In this document: positions 62,279-64,000 of the stretch, piece by piece
Layout of the letters: every line of letters starts with the position of its first letter
Position numbering within the stretch: the stretch's first letter is position 1
Assembly (NCBI GenBank): GCA_023393095.1
Contig: JAEWMT010000101.1
Span: 6,583-70,582, forward strand
DNA: 64,000 nt
Direction of reading: 5' to 3'
Source of the DNA: Bacillota bacterium
GTDB lineage: Bacteria > Bacillota > Clostridia > Lachnospirales > Lachnospiraceae
Notes under the pieces: generated by a model
The model's database searches: none
What the model was told of the DNA's origin: nothing
What the model saw: only the letters and a program-made list of their open reading frames with translations
Position numbers and translations under genes: made by a program

Positions 62279-63301
62279 CTAATAAATACTCCAAGCTGAG
62301 GGAATCATTAATTCCTTGAACTTGGCAACAGCATAATTATCCGTCATTCCGGCAATATAGTCACAAACCATTCGGTAAGATGGCTCCTTCAGCTGTTCCA
62401 TCCGGTGGTGGTATTCTTCGGGTAGATATTCCAGATGTTGTTCATAATATTGAAATAACTGTTCCAATAGACGTTCCGCCTGTTCCTCCTGTGCCTTGGC
62501 CTTCTTATTCATATACACACTTTCAAACATATACTCTCTTAAATCACGCATCGCTGTGCTAATCTTGGCGGACATTATGATATCCCCCTGACTTAAGCTG
62601 TTTAAGATGATATCATGAGTGAAGGTATCCAGTCGCTCTCCAAGATTATGACCGAGAATATCGGTATATTCATGAGGTATATCCTCTTCTTTAATGATAC
62701 GCCCCCGGATTGCGTCATCAATATCATGATTAATATACGCTATTTTATCACAAAGTCTTACAATTTTCCCTTCCAAAGTAGAAGGATTGCCTTTCGTCTG
62801 GTGGTTTTTAATGCCATCCCGAACTTCCTTCGACAGATTCAGACCTTTTCCGTGTTTCTCAATCACTTCAACCACTCGAATGCTTTGTATATGATGCTCA
62901 AAGCCTACCGGGCAGATACGATTCAAAGCTCTTTCTCCAGCATGTCCAAAGGGAGTATGTCCCAAATCATGGCCCAAAGCAATTGCTTCCGTAAGATCTT
63001 CATTCAGAAGCAGGGACTTCGCAATGGTTCTGGCAATCTGAGCAACCTCAAGAGTATGGGTCAGTCTTGTCCTGTAATGATCTCCCTCCGGTGCAAGAAA
63101 TACCTGTGTCTTATGCTTTAGTCTGCGAAAAGCCTTACAATGTATTATCTTATCACGGTCCTTTTGATAAATGGGCCTGATATCACAGGGTTCTTCATAA
63201 AAATCCCTTCCCTGTGACTGATCGGAATAAGCAGCATACGGGCTAAGTATCTTATGTTCTCTTTGCTCCAGCATTTGTCTTATATTCAGGTTATGCTCCA
63301 T
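62279..63301 (-). CDS. dgt: Deoxyguanosinetriphosphate triphosphohydrolase (HD domain)
   Basis: AFRRLKHKTQVF, RTRLTHTLEV, GHDLGHTPFGHAGE, DYIAGMTD. Confidence 0.95.
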   Translation of the reverse strand: MEHNLNIRQMLEQREHKILSPYAAYSDQSQGRDFYEEPCDIRPIYQKDRDKIIHCKAFRRLKHKTQVFLAPEGDHYRTRLTHTLEVAQIARTIAKSLLLNEDLTEAIALGHDLGHTPFGHAGERALNRICPVGFEHHIQSIRVVEVIEKHGKGLNLSKEVRDGIKNHQTKGNPSTLEGKIVRLCDKIAYINHDIDDAIRGRIIKEEDIPHEYTDILGHNLGERLDTFTHDIILNSLSQGDIIMSAKISTAMRDLREYMFESVYMNKKAKAQEEQAERLLEQLFQYYEQHLEYLPEEYHHRMEQLKEPSYRMVCDYIAGMTDNYAVAKFKELMIPSAWSIY

Positions 63302-63786
63302 GTTTCCCTCCATAGATGCAATCAACGTCATACAACAAAAGCAAAATCATAATCTCCACAATTTCATAAGACTAATTAACGCTTATACTACTAATATTCT
63401 ACACGGACTTCCTATTTCCTTTTTTCTTTTTTTAAAATTTTATTTAAACTAAAATTCATTAACTACTACACTTTACTATGGAAGAGTGCTTCACAGTATT
63501 CCTAATATCATATATGCCTAAAATACGATACCCCATAAAACTCAAGCAATATAAAAAGCTGTTACTCTTTTCAGGAAAGTACTTAGTGTTTTTCTAACTT
63601 CATTAATTTCGGTCATACAAATATAGAGGAAACTGAATATCAATCTCCTCTATATTAAAGCATTCTCATTTTTATATTTTACATTTGAATGAATGATAAC
63701 AAAAAACGCTTAGTTATACTATTTCTAAATTTAATTTTATGAACCTAGTAATTTATATACTTCCTGTGCAATAATTATCTTGTCTG

Positions 63787-63924
63787 TTAATGACATTTAT
63801 TCTTCAGCTGACAATTATCACAGCCTCCACAGCAGGATTTCCCCGCCTTCACATCCTTTGTTTTCTTATAGATAATAAATCCTGTATAAGCTAAGATGAC
63901 AGCTCCGATGATATATCCTATCAT
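63787..63924 (-). CDS. FeoB-associated Cys-rich small membrane protein, 45 aa (not in the ORF track)
   Basis: AAGGAG RBS, then MIGYIIGAVILAYTGFIIYKKTKDVKAGKSCCGGCDNCQLKNKCH*. Confidence 0.8.
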   Translation of the reverse strand: MIGYIIGAVILAYTGFIIYKKTKDVKAGKSCCGGCDNCQLKNKCH

Positions 63925-64000
63925 ATAAGCTCCTTTCCGCTAACCAAGTAGCAATAAGACACTAAGGCATGTTCAAAACTCTTATATTAATAACAATGGC

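Overview
AT-rich chromosomal window from a spore-forming Clostridia-class bacterium. Gene content and order (spoIIAA-spoIIAB-sigF-spoVAC-D-E; dgt-dnaG-sigA-trmK; two-OB-fold SSB; type A RNase P RNA) point to Lachnospiraceae (inference). Most of it is housekeeping: rarA, PBP1A, dapA/dapB under a lysine riboswitch, typA, a Zn ABC importer with a Zur/Fur-like box, pflB under a ZTP riboswitch, thrC, a GH5 cellulase and a probable S-layer protein. The unusual part is intergenic. More than a dozen non-coding, long (70-300 nt) imperfect palindromes from several unrelated sequence families sit between or inside core operons. Some are multi-copy, one family shows compensatory base changes between copies, two unrelated ones share the same tandem G.A internal-loop motif, several have TA ends or C-GNA-G mini-hairpins, and no cognate transposase is in the window. 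There is also a 5.7-kb islet bounded by a duplicated 3' end of a glycosyltransferase gene, carrying an ABC exporter, a two-component system and an unannotated type I toxin-antitoxin locus with a frameshifted toxin. Other oddities are an orphan degenerate HTH-Panacea protein, an AP2/degenerate-HNH protein flanked by palindromes, an IS66 relic and a 52-bp element made of two IS3-like ends. All calls are by eye; no searches or folding programs were run.
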